DNA of 32,000 nt from Halomicronema hongdechloris C2206 (lineage in GTDB: Bacteria; Cyanobacteriota; Cyanobacteriia; Phormidesmidales; Phormidesmidaceae). The notes beneath the pieces were generated by a model. That model saw only the letters and a program-made list of their open reading frames with translations. It had not been told where the DNA came from and did no database searches. The translations under genes were made by a program, and so were the position numbers. The stretch spans positions 5,040,001 to 5,072,000 of the forward strand of contig NZ_CP021983.2 of assembly GCF_002075285.3 (NCBI RefSeq), in the 5' to 3' direction. Shown here piece after piece: positions 1 through 9,309 of the stretch; the first letter of the stretch is position 1, and the number at the start of each line of letters is the position of its first letter.

Positions 1-865
1 TAGGGCCGGGGGAGGTGGTGATGACTCAGCCTCCGGGGAGGTCGTTGGCGTCATGGGGTTGGGGCGCTGGGTCAGTTGCATCAACCGGTTGGCATAGTCA
101 TGCTCTAGATCGTCGATACGTTGGGTCAACCGCTGATGATATTGCTCCAGCTGTTGGGAAAGTTTCTGGTCATATTCCTGTTGCAGCTGCTGCTTGAAGG
201 TGGCTAAGGTTTCCGGATCAGAGCGGGCAGGGGCCTGGCTTGCTGCCTCGGGTTGTCCCATCGACAGGGCCTGCAATCGGGCTTCGTAGGCTTCCTCTAA
301 CTGAGCGCTACGCTGAGCCAGCTGATCCTGATAGTGCTCAATTTTTTGGGCCAACCGCTGTTCATAATCTGCCTGTAGGGTCTGAGTGGCTACCTGTAGC
401 TTTTGCTTCAGCTGTTGTTCATAGGCTTGCTGTAGTCTACGGGCGGCTTCCCGCAATCGGGCTTCGTACTGTTGCTTCAGGGAGTCTTCCGCCGGAGATG
501 GGGCCGAGGGTGGAGGGGAGGAGGACTCCGAGGTCGGGCGATCAGCCTGCTGCAATACCACAGCCCGGGCTTCATATTCACTCTCTAGGCCAGAGAGGCG
601 TTGGGTCATTTCGTCTTGGTAACGCTCGATGGTGGCTTGCAGCCTGCGGTCATAGTCGGCTTGCAACTGCTCGCGGTCGCTTGGCGTAACCGCGCGTCGT
701 GTTCGATTTCTAACTGATCTAGGTGTTGCTGGCGCTGGCGCAGGGCTTTGTTGGCTGGTGAATGCGCCGTTGCCGTAGCAACGGCCCTAGGATCAAGCCC
801 AGTAAGAATCCGATCAAGGCACCAATTAGGCCGCCGATCAAGATCGATTGCGGGGGGAGCGTCAT
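1..865 (-). pseudogene. Membrane-anchored Q/E/L-rich coiled-coil protein. C-terminus lies beyond the window start. The reading frame changes twice (about 745-775 and about 672-685).
   Basis: ATG at 863-865 is preceded by AGGAGA (rc of 872-877). The N-terminus reads MTLPPQSILIGGLIGALIGFLLGLILGPLL (TM helix), and this frame stops at 719-721. The heptad-like periodic sequence continues in a second frame (ALRQRQQHLDQLEIEHDARLRQA) and then a third (REQLQADYDRRLQATIERYQDEMTQRLSGLESEYEARAVVLQQ...KQQYEARLREAARRLQQAYEQQL...LQADYEQRLAQKIEHYQDQL...), which stays open to position 1. It is absent from the ORF track because it runs off the edge. Confidence 0.5.
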
Positions 866-871
866 GACTTG

Positions 872-877
872 TCTCCT
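872..877 (-). promoter_or_regulatory. Shine-Dalgarno (AGGAGA) for the coiled-coil gene
   Basis: The reverse complement of tctcct is aggaga, 6 nt upstream of the ATG at 865. Confidence 0.4.
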
Positions 878-1178
878 ATGGTGAGTAGGGCGATGGCCCC
901 TCCGAGCTAGTTTAGGGCGACGCCAAGGACCTTCGCATCGAGGACAACCGCCTAGGGCCGACACAATGGTTGACGACCATGATATATGGTGTCGGGGCAG
1001 ACATCTCGTTTCGCTGTAAACAGATGTTGCAACGCCCCTGGGGGGTAGAATCCCCCAGCTCAGGTTCATTGACCCGGTTGGGGGGAGAGTTCGGTGGGGT
1101 GGCCGTGGGTAGAGCCAGCCATATCTTCTACAATGACCAATACAACGGTTTAGCTAGGTTGCCTAGCCCTGGTTTAAC

Positions 1179-1823
1179 GTGTTGTCGCTGTGGTTGCCCA
1201 TGCCCATCTTTTCAGAGTCCCTGCGTACCGATGTGTTGACATGGTTAGAGACCCATGTACCTGAGGCGCGGCGACATCACATCCTGCGGGTCGAGGCCAT
1301 GGCCAGACAACTGGCGGCAGACCATGGCGTAGACCAAGAGCGGGCGGCCTGGGCCGGAGTACTACACGATTTAGCCAAATGTTTCCAGCCGGCGCGGCTA
1401 TTGGCGATGGCCCGAGCCGCAGGGTTGCCTCTAGATCCTGTTGATGAGGCCAATCCCCATTTGCTCCATGCCGAAGTGGGGGCGATAGTCGCCCGAGACC
1501 GTTTTGGCGTGACGGATAGTCAGGTGTTGGCAGCCATTGCCAACCACACCTTGGGCCGACCCGGTATGGATGCCCTCAGCTGTGTGGTGTTCCTGGCAGA
1601 TAGCTTGGAGCCGGGTCGGGGAGACTCTCCGCAGCTACGGCGACTACGACAGCTCAGCCATCAGAATCTGGTGGCGGCGGTGGCCCAAACCTGCGACGAG
1701 TCTATCCGGAAGTTAATCGACAAACACCGTTTGATTCATCCCCGCACTGTACTGACCCGTAACTGGTTCTGGCAAGCGAGTCGCCAGTCTACTTTGCTGC
1801 CCTCAGCCTGGCTTTCAGCCTAG
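1179..1823 (+). CDS. yqeK: HD-domain bis(5'-nucleosyl)-tetraphosphatase, YqeK family
   Basis: Contains HD-domain motifs (RHHILRVEAMA..., GVLHDLAK, HAEVGA, FLADSLEPGR) and the conserved yqeK-rsfS gene pairing. The track start is GTG 1179; ATG 1200 is an alternative start. Confidence 0.75.
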   Translation: MLSLWLPMPIFSESLRTDVLTWLETHVPEARRHHILRVEAMARQLAADHGVDQERAAWAGVLHDLAKCFQPARLLAMARAAGLPLDPVDEANPHLLHAEVGAIVARDRFGVTDSQVLAAIANHTLGRPGMDALSCVVFLADSLEPGRGDSPQLRRLRQLSHQNLVAAVAQTCDESIRKLIDKHRLIHPRTVLTRNWFWQASRQSTLLPSAWLSA

Positions 1824-1867
1824 TGAGGATTCTTTGTTTACCCTGTCTCTGAGGATATTGCCTGTCT

Positions 1868-2290
1868 ATGAACGATTCCGTCAACACCCTGTCTAATCCG
1901 TCCTCCCGGCCTAATCGCGATGATGCGGCCTGGAATTTGGCCTGTGCGATCGCACAGGCTGCTGACGAACGCAAGGGGGCTGACATTGTCCTAGTCAACG
2001 TCGGCGATGTCTCCTACCTGGCCGATTACTTCGTCATTGTCACCGGCTTCTCGGCGGTGCAAGTACGGGCCATTGCCCGTACCATCGAAGATGACATCGA
2101 ACAGACCTGGCAGCGGCAGCCCCTACGCACTGAAGGCCAACAGGAGGGTCAGTGGGTGTTACAGGATTATGGCGAAGTCATCGTCCACATTTTCATGCCC
2201 GAAGCCAGAGACTTCTACAATTTAGATGCTTTTTGGGGCCATGCCGAGCGCACCCTCTACCAGTCCCACCTATCTGCAGCCGATGCTTAG
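1868..2290 (+). CDS. rsfS: Ribosome silencing factor RsfS (Iojap family)
   Basis: Motifs [53 protein letters not shown] are typical of RsfS. It lies directly downstream of yqeK. Confidence 0.85.
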   Translation: MNDSVNTLSNPSSRPNRDDAAWNLACAIAQAADERKGADIVLVNVGDVSYLADYFVIVTGFSAVQVRAIARTIEDDIEQTWQRQPLRTEGQQEGQWVLQDYGEVIVHIFMPEARDFYNLDAFWGHAERTLYQSHLSAADA

Positions 2291-2616
2291 CACGTTGAGG
2301 CAATCATGGACCCCCCATTCCACTTCTCCTAGCACTCGCCCAACCTCAAGACCCGGGCCTCACCTGCCCACCGACCATCGAGGCCCTATTTCCCTTGGTA
2401 AACTCGGCGCGTCCATGGCACCTCCGCAACGGCAGGTATCGGGTAGGCTGTTCTCTTTGGGCCTCACCGTTGCCGATCATGATGTCCCAGGCCCCGGCAG
2501 GGACCCATGCTATTTCTCTTTATCTCCCAGACCCTCGCCTATGCACACTCGCATCGTTATCTACTCTGTACGCCACAGTCTCCTAGTTCCCGTCCTGCCC
2601 GCTGTAGGTAACTCCC

Positions 2617-3114
2617 ATGACTGTAATGCCGTCCCGTTGTCCTGTTCCCGCCGAACAACAACCCATCAATGAATACCAGGACATGCGAGAGTCCTGGTTT
2701 TACAGCTGGGGCAGTCGTAGTCTGTTGCGGTTTATCCAGCCCTTGGTAGTGCTCTGGGGACTGAGTTGGTCGATGACAGCACCGATTGCAGCGGCCAGTT
2801 TTACGCCCGCTCGATATCCCAGCGACTTTCTACTGAGTGCCGCCATCGGTGCCTGCGTGCTCCCTTGCTTGGCCCTATTGCAACTATATATTGGCTGGTC
2901 CCATGTCGGTCGTCGCCTGCGACAGGCCCGTATCCCCTATGAAGAGTCTGGTTGGTACGACGGTCAGGTCTGGCAAAAACCCGAGGATATGCACAATCGC
3001 GATCGCTTGATCGTCGATTATCAAGTGCAGCCCATTCTCCACCGGCTTCGCAGAAGCTTTGCTGCCATTGTCGGTCTCTTGGCAGTTGCCGTGGTAGCTT
3101 GGCAATGGATATAA
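2617..3114 (+). CDS. ycf36: Ycf36 / CGLD27 (DUF1230) family membrane protein
   Basis: N-terminal signature PVPAEQQPINEYQDMRESWFYSW, two hydrophobic segments, and C-terminal YEESGWYDGQVW.K motif. Confidence 0.65.
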   Translation: MTVMPSRCPVPAEQQPINEYQDMRESWFYSWGSRSLLRFIQPLVVLWGLSWSMTAPIAAASFTPARYPSDFLLSAAIGACVLPCLALLQLYIGWSHVGRRLRQARIPYEESGWYDGQVWQKPEDMHNRDRLIVDYQVQPILHRLRRSFAAIVGLLAVAVVAWQWI

Positions 3115-3279
3115 ACTCTATGGTACGCCCATGGTGGCAACCCCCAGGACAGCTCTGTCAGGTGCGACATTGTCTGGGCCGAGGCAGGCCTGACGCTAGG
3201 AGTAGCAGGGTAGCCCATAGGCAGTGAGCTTCCTAGACACCTAGACAGAACCTTTCAACAAGGGCAAGACAACAACTCC

Positions 3280-4242
3280 ATGACTTTTCAAACCTCCTCG
3301 AAGCGGCATCAAAGTGAACAACTGGAAGTTCAACTTCTGCGGGAAGGCATCGTTGAGTCGACCCACATGGCCCATGCCGTTGTCTGCGATAGCCGGGGAC
3401 GGGTGTTAACCTCAGCTGGTGACTCTGAAATCGGCACCTTCATCCGCTCTGCTCTCAAGCCCTTTCAAGCCCTAGCAGTGACCTCTACGGGAACCCTAGA
3501 TCACTTTAATTTGGACGATAAAGATCTAGCCATTATCTGTAGTTCTCATCGCGGCAGCATGGAGCAAGTGCGGCAGGCCTTTCGCATCCTGTGGCGGGCC
3601 GATATTGATCCGTCTAAACTGCGCTGTCCCCTTCCCCCTGGCCAGGTTAGTCCTCTAACCCACAACTGCTCGGGCAAACATGCCGGTATGCTGGCCGTGT
3701 GTCAGCAGCGCGGCTGGTCCCTCGATAGCTACCTCGATCGCAACCACCCCATCCAACTGTTGATTCTGGGGAAAGTGGCAGAACTGCTAGGCATGCCTGC
3801 CGATGAATTTATCGGCGCCCATGATGACTGCGGCGCTCCCACCTATTTCATGCAGTTGGGACAGATGGCAAATTTATTTGCCAAATTAGCCTCCGGCGAT
3901 AGCCTCGATATGGAGCGAATTGTGCGAGCCATGACTAGTCACCCAGACATGGTGGCGGGCCACGAGGCCTTTGATACAGAACTAATGCGCTTGACGGAGG
4001 GAGAGCTAGTCAGCAAATCGGGGGCAGAAGGCATTCAGTGCATCGGCCGGGTCGGGGAAAGCCTGGGATTAGCCATTAAGGTGCTAGATGGAGCCAAGCG
4101 GGCAAAATATGCGGCATCCGTCCATTTGTTGAAGCAACTAGGTTGGATCACCCCTGCCATTGCCGAAGCCCTGGCTGAAACCTATATGACCCTAGCCCCC
4201 TACAAACGGCTGGATGTAGTGGGCGAAATCTCCTACACCTGA
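3280..4242 (+). CDS. Asparaginase-II family (PF06089-like) protein
   Basis: Motifs ESTHMAHAVV.D..G, RSALKPFQA, CSSHRGS, NCSGKHAGMLA, DDCGAPT, SKSGAEG. Confidence 0.7.
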   Translation: MTFQTSSKRHQSEQLEVQLLREGIVESTHMAHAVVCDSRGRVLTSAGDSEIGTFIRSALKPFQALAVTSTGTLDHFNLDDKDLAIICSSHRGSMEQVRQAFRILWRADIDPSKLRCPLPPGQVSPLTHNCSGKHAGMLAVCQQRGWSLDSYLDRNHPIQLLILGKVAELLGMPADEFIGAHDDCGAPTYFMQLGQMANLFAKLASGDSLDMERIVRAMTSHPDMVAGHEAFDTELMRLTEGELVSKSGAEGIQCIGRVGESLGLAIKVLDGAKRAKYAASVHLLKQLGWITPAIAEALAETYMTLAPYKRLDVVGEISYT

Positions 4243-4331
4243 GCTCAAACACTATCTGTAGGATTTTTCTGGTCCGATAGCCATAATCCGTTGTCGCTGC
4301 CGACTGTTTCCCGCTATACTAATTAAGCCGA

Positions 4332-4408
<77 letters not shown>

Positions 4409-4414
4409 ACCAAC

Positions 4415-4450
4415 AGCGCCCTAGCTAGGCTAGGGCGCTATTTTTATTTA
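4415..4450 (+). terminator. Rho-independent terminator of the tRNA-fMet gene
   Basis: Perfect 9-bp stem AGCGCCCTA (4415-4423) / TAGGGCGCT (4431-4439), 7-nt loop, then ATTTTTATTTA. Confidence 0.8.
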
Positions 4451-4487
4451 TCTGATGACTGTTTGATGACTCTTTCAAAATAAGGCC

Positions 4488-4705
4488 ATGGCTGACTTCC
4501 AGATCTCGTTGGATTTGGCCACCCTGACCAAGACCCGCACCTATACCTTCTTTCCAGTGGAGTGGATCCTCTATGCCGTGTACCTGTCGGAGAAAATCGG
4601 CTATTGGCGCTATATCTTGATCCACCGGCATCTGCGGGGGATCTGGTGCGGCTGTATCTGCTCAAACCAGTAGAAGCGGCCCAGGAGTGGGGCACCATTC
4701 ATTAA
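4488..4705 (+). pseudogene. Small orphan ORF (about 70 aa) that needs a frame change at a G5 run. It may be a gene remnant or an assembly indel.
   Basis: The frame from ATG 4488 has strong G/C third-position bias ([49 protein letters not shown]) up to GGGGG at 4636-4640. After that, coding-like sequence continues in another frame ([22 protein letters not shown], stop 4703-4705). Confidence 0.3.
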
Positions 4706-4820
4706 GACCGATTCTGCACATTAGCGCTACAGAATAATCAGTATGGGGGAGATGGGGAGATGGAGAGTGGATAGGTACAGAGAACTGGTATCAGGCCAAT
4801 CAGCGCCTCATGGTTGCCCC

Positions 4821-7310
4821 CTAGATAAACGTCAGCGGATCGACATCAATAGACAGGCTAACCGCAGCCGGGCACTTGTCCTGCAGCCAGGTAAGGGCTG
4901 GGGCTGGGGTCTCCGGAGGAGCCTTGAGTAAAATCTGCCAACGGTAGCGGCGGGCCACCCGCGGAATCTGCGCCGGTACTGGGCCCAGACATTCCCAAGG
5001 TCCCAGTTCAGGGACCAAAGCCGCCGCGATGTGCTCGGCTGTGTGCTTCACTGCAGAGAAGTCTGGGCTACTCAACCGTAGTAGGATCAGACGCCCCTGG
5101 GGTGGATACCCCAGGGCGGTACGCTGTTCCCATTCAGTCTCGATGAAGCGATGATAATCCTGTCGTTGCACCGCCTCGATCACCGGATGCTCGGGGGTAT
5201 AGGTCTGTAGAATCACCTGACCCGGTTGGCTGCCTCGCCCGGCCCGGCCCGCCACTTGAATTAGGGTCTGGTAGGTGCGCTCGCTGGCCCAATAGTCTGC
5301 CATATACAGCAATCCATCGGCGGCCACAATGCCCACCAGGGTCACTTGGGGCATATCGATCCCCTTGGTGAGCATCTGGGTGCCCACCAGCACATCGGCT
5401 TCCCCCTGGGCAAACTGCCTGAGCAAGTGCCGGTGAGCCCCCTTGGTACGAGTGGTGTCGCGATCAAACCGCAGACAGCGCAACTCTGGCAACTGCTCGG
5501 CCAAGGCCCCCATGACCCGCTGGGTGCCGCTGCCAAACTGCTTTAGATAGGGGGACTGACATTGGGGACAGTGGCGCGGTTGGGCTTGCCCATAACCACA
5601 GTGGTGGCACTGCAGTGTGGCCATAGCCTCGGCCCCAGGCTGATGATAGGTCAGGGATACGGCGCAGTAGGGACACATGAAAACATAGCCACAGCTACGG
5701 CAAGAGACAAAACTGCTATGGCCCCGCCGCTGGATGAACAAGAGCCCTTGATTCCCCGCCGCCTTCATTGCCTGCAGTGCCCGCCGTAACTGGCGACTAA
5801 AGATACTGCGGTTGCCTGCCTGTAGCTCCTGGCGCATATCTACCACCTGAATCGGCGGCAAAGGCCGAGTTTGAATCCGCTCGGGTAATGACAGATAGCG
5901 GGTGGTCACCCCGAGGGCTGGACTCGTGCTCAGGCTCCAGGTATCCAAGGACGGCGTGGCCGAGCCCAACACTAACGGACACTGGGCTAACTCGGCCCGC
6001 CAGCGGGCCACGGTGCGGGCATGGTAGCAGGGGGCCGGTTGATCCTGCTTGAAACTACTGTCATGTTCCTCATCCAGCACAATCAGGCCCAGGTTACTCA
6101 AGGGGGCAAACACGGCCGAGCGGGTGCCGATCACCACCCGGGGTTGCGGGTTGATTAGGTGTCGCCAGATGTCGTAGCGCTCCCCGGCCGCCAGGGCACT
6201 GTGATAGACACAGACCTGGTCGCCGAACCGCTGCCGAAAGCGGTCAGTCAGCTGTGGGGTCAAGCCAATTTCTGGCACCAACACCAGGGCCGACTGTCCC
6301 GCTGCCAGCCGGGGGGCAATGGCCTGCAGATAGACTTCCGTTTTGCCAGAGCCGGTGATGCCGTGGAGTAGCACTTGGGCCTGGCCATGCAGGGACTGAA
6401 TCGCCGTCAGGGCTTTCTGTTGAGCCGTGGTCAGTGATTTGGGCTGATCAGCTTGGAGGGTAGCCTGGGGGGCCAGGCGCAGGACTTCCCGGGGCTCAAT
6501 CACCAGATACCCCTTCGTCGCCAACCGGTTCAGGGTGGTGCTGGTGGTGCCACAGAGGCGCAGGGCTTCCTGCAGCCACAGATCACCGCCGTGGTGTCGC
6601 AGTACCGCCAGGATTTCCTGTTGTCGAGGGGATAGCCCCTCGGAATCCGCTGCGGCAGTCACCGTGACCGCCTGCCGTTGCTTGGGGCGGGGCGGTTGGG
6701 GCGGGGCCAGATAGCTCTCCACCCAACCCTGGTGCAATAGCTGGACCAACCCGTGGCGACTGTCGGAACTCAATCGGCGTAGATACTGCCAGGTATAGTC
6801 GCCGCTGGCCGACTGCCGTAGTTGGGCTAACAGCTGGCGGGCTGCTGGAGCCAGATGGGCCTCATGGTCCGGTGAGGGTTGGCTAGGGCTGAGGCGGATC
6901 CGCCGCTGGGATTTAGCCAACAACCCTGGCGGCAGGGCCGTACGCAATACCTGGATCAGCGGGGTCTGGTAATAACTGGCGACCCGCTCTAGCAGTTGCC
7001 AGTAGGTGGGGGCAAAGAAACCGGGGTGGACCACTGCCTCAATGGGCCGAATTTGCTGGGGATCGAGGTGGTTAGGAACGGTAGTTAACTGGCGTAATGC
7101 GATCGCACCGACTTGACGCGGGCCAAAGGGCACACTCAGAATATCCCCCGGTTGCACCACCAGCCCCGACGGCACTGCATAGGTATATACCCCTTGCCCC
7201 CCGGGGCAATCCACTAACGTATCTACCCAGCCCCCTTGCGTCTCGATCTCCTGCAAAGCTAGTCGTTCTACTCGCCAATATGTCCCTTGATGAGTTATAG
7301 CAATCTCCAC
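4821..7310 (-). CDS. priA: Primosomal protein N' (replication restart helicase PriA)
   Basis: 829 aa. Walker A GITGSGKTEVY, DEEHD box, and the Cys-rich zinc-binding insert CRSCGYVFMCPYCAVSLTYH...CHHCGY...CPQC. Confidence 0.93.
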   Translation of the reverse strand: MEIAITHQGTYWRVERLALQEIETQGGWVDTLVDCPGGQGVYTYAVPSGLVVQPGDILSVPFGPRQVGAIALRQLTTVPNHLDPQQIRPIEAVVHPGFFAPTYWQLLERVASYYQTPLIQVLRTALPPGLLAKSQRRIRLSPSQPSPDHEAHLAPAARQLLAQLRQSASGDYTWQYLRRLSSDSRHGLVQLLHQGWVESYLAPPQPPRPKQRQAVTVTAAADSEGLSPRQQEILAVLRHHGGDLWLQEALRLCGTTSTTLNRLATKGYLVIEPREVLRLAPQATLQADQPKSLTTAQQKALTAIQSLHGQAQVLLHGITGSGKTEVYLQAIAPRLAAGQSALVLVPEIGLTPQLTDRFRQRFGDQVCVYHSALAAGERYDIWRHLINPQPRVVIGTRSAVFAPLSNLGLIVLDEEHDSSFKQDQPAPCYHARTVARWRAELAQCPLVLGSATPSLDTWSLSTSPALGVTTRYLSLPERIQTRPLPPIQVVDMRQELQAGNRSIFSRQLRRALQAMKAAGNQGLLFIQRRGHSSFVSCRSCGYVFMCPYCAVSLTYHQPGAEAMATLQCHHCGYGQAQPRHCPQCQSPYLKQFGSGTQRVMGALAEQLPELRCLRFDRDTTRTKGAHRHLLRQFAQGEADVLVGTQMLTKGIDMPQVTLVGIVAADGLLYMADYWASERTYQTLIQVAGRAGRGSQPGQVILQTYTPEHPVIEAVQRQDYHRFIETEWEQRTALGYPPQGRLILLRLSSPDFSAVKHTAEHIAAALVPELGPWECLGPVPAQIPRVARRYRWQILLKAPPETPAPALTWLQDKCPAAVSLSIDVDPLTFI

Positions 7311-7788
7311 GTTCTTTTAGTCATGGCCCTTAGTCATGCCCAGGTGAATGGGCCGGGACAGCCTGGGTCACGCTGCTCAAACCAGGGTAGCCATGCTCAG
7401 CCAGGAAAGACTCACTGGGAGCAGAGAAAAAGGGGTAGCGCGAGTCGCTCTGGCCAAAACCAGGATAATCATACCTGGCCAGGAAAAGATCCCCAGGGAA
7501 AAATTAGGAATTCAGGCTACCTTTTAATGGATTCTGCCTTGATCACAAGGAGCTAGGAGGGGCGCAGTCACTATAGTACTGGGACGATTGCTGCCTTTAG
7601 CAATGTTACACATTGAAAGAAAACCCATGAAATTTTACATAGACCGAAAGAAGCTTGAAACCCTTGCAATAGAACGCATAAAGTGAATCACTGATCACGA
7701 AATCCAAAAATGAGGTTGCTATAGTGTAGGCAATTAGATATATAGGCTTAGATCCGCATCGGATTGAGCGCCTGCTTAATTAACAACT

Positions 7789-8970
7789 GTGCCTATGGCC
7801 ACGTCATTCCTTCCCCATTCAGATAGCAACATGAACTGGTCTGACTCAGAGACTCTAACCGTTGCGTCTCATCAACATGAGACTAATATCGGTGGATTAG
7901 ATACGGATATCGGCCTGGCCCAAGAAGATGCAGATTGGGACAATGCCGGAGAGGTTCAAGCCAAGTACTCCTCCCAGGACGCTCTATCTGATCTGGGGTT
8001 GCCTGGGTATAGCAAAACTCTCACCGATGATGCTGTCGGAGCCTTCTTCAAAGAGATGGCGCGTCATCCCCTTTTAAAGGCCAGTGAAGAAATCGAATTA
8101 GCTCGACAGGTTAAATTTTTGAGTGATGTCGATTCTGTTCGAGACGCCTTGATCAAGGAGACAGGGCAGTCACCAACCTTTCCTGCCTTAGCCGATCAAC
8201 TGGGGTTGAGCCCAGCTCAATTGAAACAGAAACTTCACCAAGGTCGGGCTGCTAAGCGGCGGATGATTCGGTCTAACCTGCGGTTAGTTGTCTCGATTGC
8301 AAAACGCTATCTCAATCGGGGAGTTCCTTTTCTGGATTTAATCCAAGAAGGAGCCTTGGGATTGAATCGAGCCACCGAAAAATTTGACCCGGATAAGGGG
8401 TATAAGTTTTCTACCTATGCTTACTGGTGGATCCGTCAGGGCATTACCCGCACCATCGCCAACGATGCCCGCACAATTCGACTCCCCATTCACATCGTTG
8501 AGAAACTCAACAAGCTGAAAAAAGCCCATCGAGATCTGCGCCGCGATCTACAACGCAATCCTACCGAAGCAGAGCTGGCCGAGGTCCTGGATATGACTGT
8601 GGAACAGCTGCGTAGTTTACAGCAGGTGCGCCGTCGTTCCCTGTCTCTCAATCATCGGGTGGGCAAAGGAGAAGATACAGAGCTACTCGAACTCTTAGAA
8701 GACGGCAACACTCAATCTCCCGAGTCTAAAATTAGCGAGTCGATGATGCGGCAGGAGATTTCGAGTGTGTTGGCCGAGGTGTTAACCGAGCGTGAGAAGG
8801 ACATTATTACCCTGCGCTACGGCCTCACCACTGGCGAAACCCATACCCTAGAGGAGGTTGGAGGGATCTTCAATCTATCCCGGGAACGGGTGCGACAGAT
8901 CCAGACCAAGGCTATGCGCAAACTACGTCGTCCCCAAGTCGCCGCTCGACTGCGGGGCTGGCTGAAGTGA
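7789..8970 (+). CDS. RpoD-family (sigma-70) RNA polymerase sigma factor, probably group 2, with a roughly 100-aa divergent N-terminal extension
   Basis: Region 2 reads NLRLVVSIAKRY..RG..FLDLIQEG..GL.RA.EKFD..KGYKFSTYAYWWIRQ.ITR. Region 3 reads IRLPIH. Region 4.2 reads LEEVGGIFNLSRERVRQIQTKAMRKLR. GTG 7789 or ATG 7795 is the start. Confidence 0.85.
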   Translation: MPMATSFLPHSDSNMNWSDSETLTVASHQHETNIGGLDTDIGLAQEDADWDNAGEVQAKYSSQDALSDLGLPGYSKTLTDDAVGAFFKEMARHPLLKASEEIELARQVKFLSDVDSVRDALIKETGQSPTFPALADQLGLSPAQLKQKLHQGRAAKRRMIRSNLRLVVSIAKRYLNRGVPFLDLIQEGALGLNRATEKFDPDKGYKFSTYAYWWIRQGITRTIANDARTIRLPIHIVEKLNKLKKAHRDLRRDLQRNPTEAELAEVLDMTVEQLRSLQQVRRRSLSLNHRVGKGEDTELLELLEDGNTQSPESKISESMMRQEISSVLAEVLTEREKDIITLRYGLTTGETHTLEEVGGIFNLSRERVRQIQTKAMRKLRRPQVAARLRGWLK

Positions 8971-9309
8971 TGGCTCCCTAGTTGAGGCCTATTCCCTAAT
9001 CTCAGACTTAACGGCGTAGACCTGCAGCTTCGCTCCAAGCTTCAGCTTATGCGCCGATAAGTGGGCGCTGAGTTGATATGGGCGGCATCGTGATCAGAGC
9101 TTTAAGCCAGGACTCAGGCTGCCAGGCTCTTGTGGCCGCTAGATGGCACAACGAGGGGGGTTACTTCGGCTAAGGGACAGAGATTGCCCTGGCAGGCCCG
9201 TTTCAGGTAGTCTCTTAGCCTAAATTACCGAGCTCCAGGGTGATGATTCAGACATCCCGTGGGTCTGCAGTATCTATATGATTGAAATGCTGTTTGGGGC
9301 TCAGGTTAG

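Noticed and set aside
15-689. + strand ORFs 15-197 and 240-689 (60 and 149 aa)
   Set aside because: Their composition is rich in Arg, Pro, Gly and Ala. They lie antisense to a clearly periodic coiled-coil coding frame on the - strand, so they are shadow ORFs of a CAG/CTG-rich gene.
866-1069. Upstream extension of the - strand ORF 719-1069 (track start at 1069)
   Set aside because: The first 68 residues are low-complexity and Arg/His/Pro-rich, and they overlap the yqeK promoter side. A strong AGGAGA precedes the internal ATG at 865, which begins the TM helix.
2226-2672. 148-aa ORF (and nested 2395-2586) in the rsfS-ycf36 spacer
   Set aside because: It is Pro/Ser/Thr-rich and overlaps both the rsfS 3' end and the ycf36 start. 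It has no coding-like third-position bias or motif.
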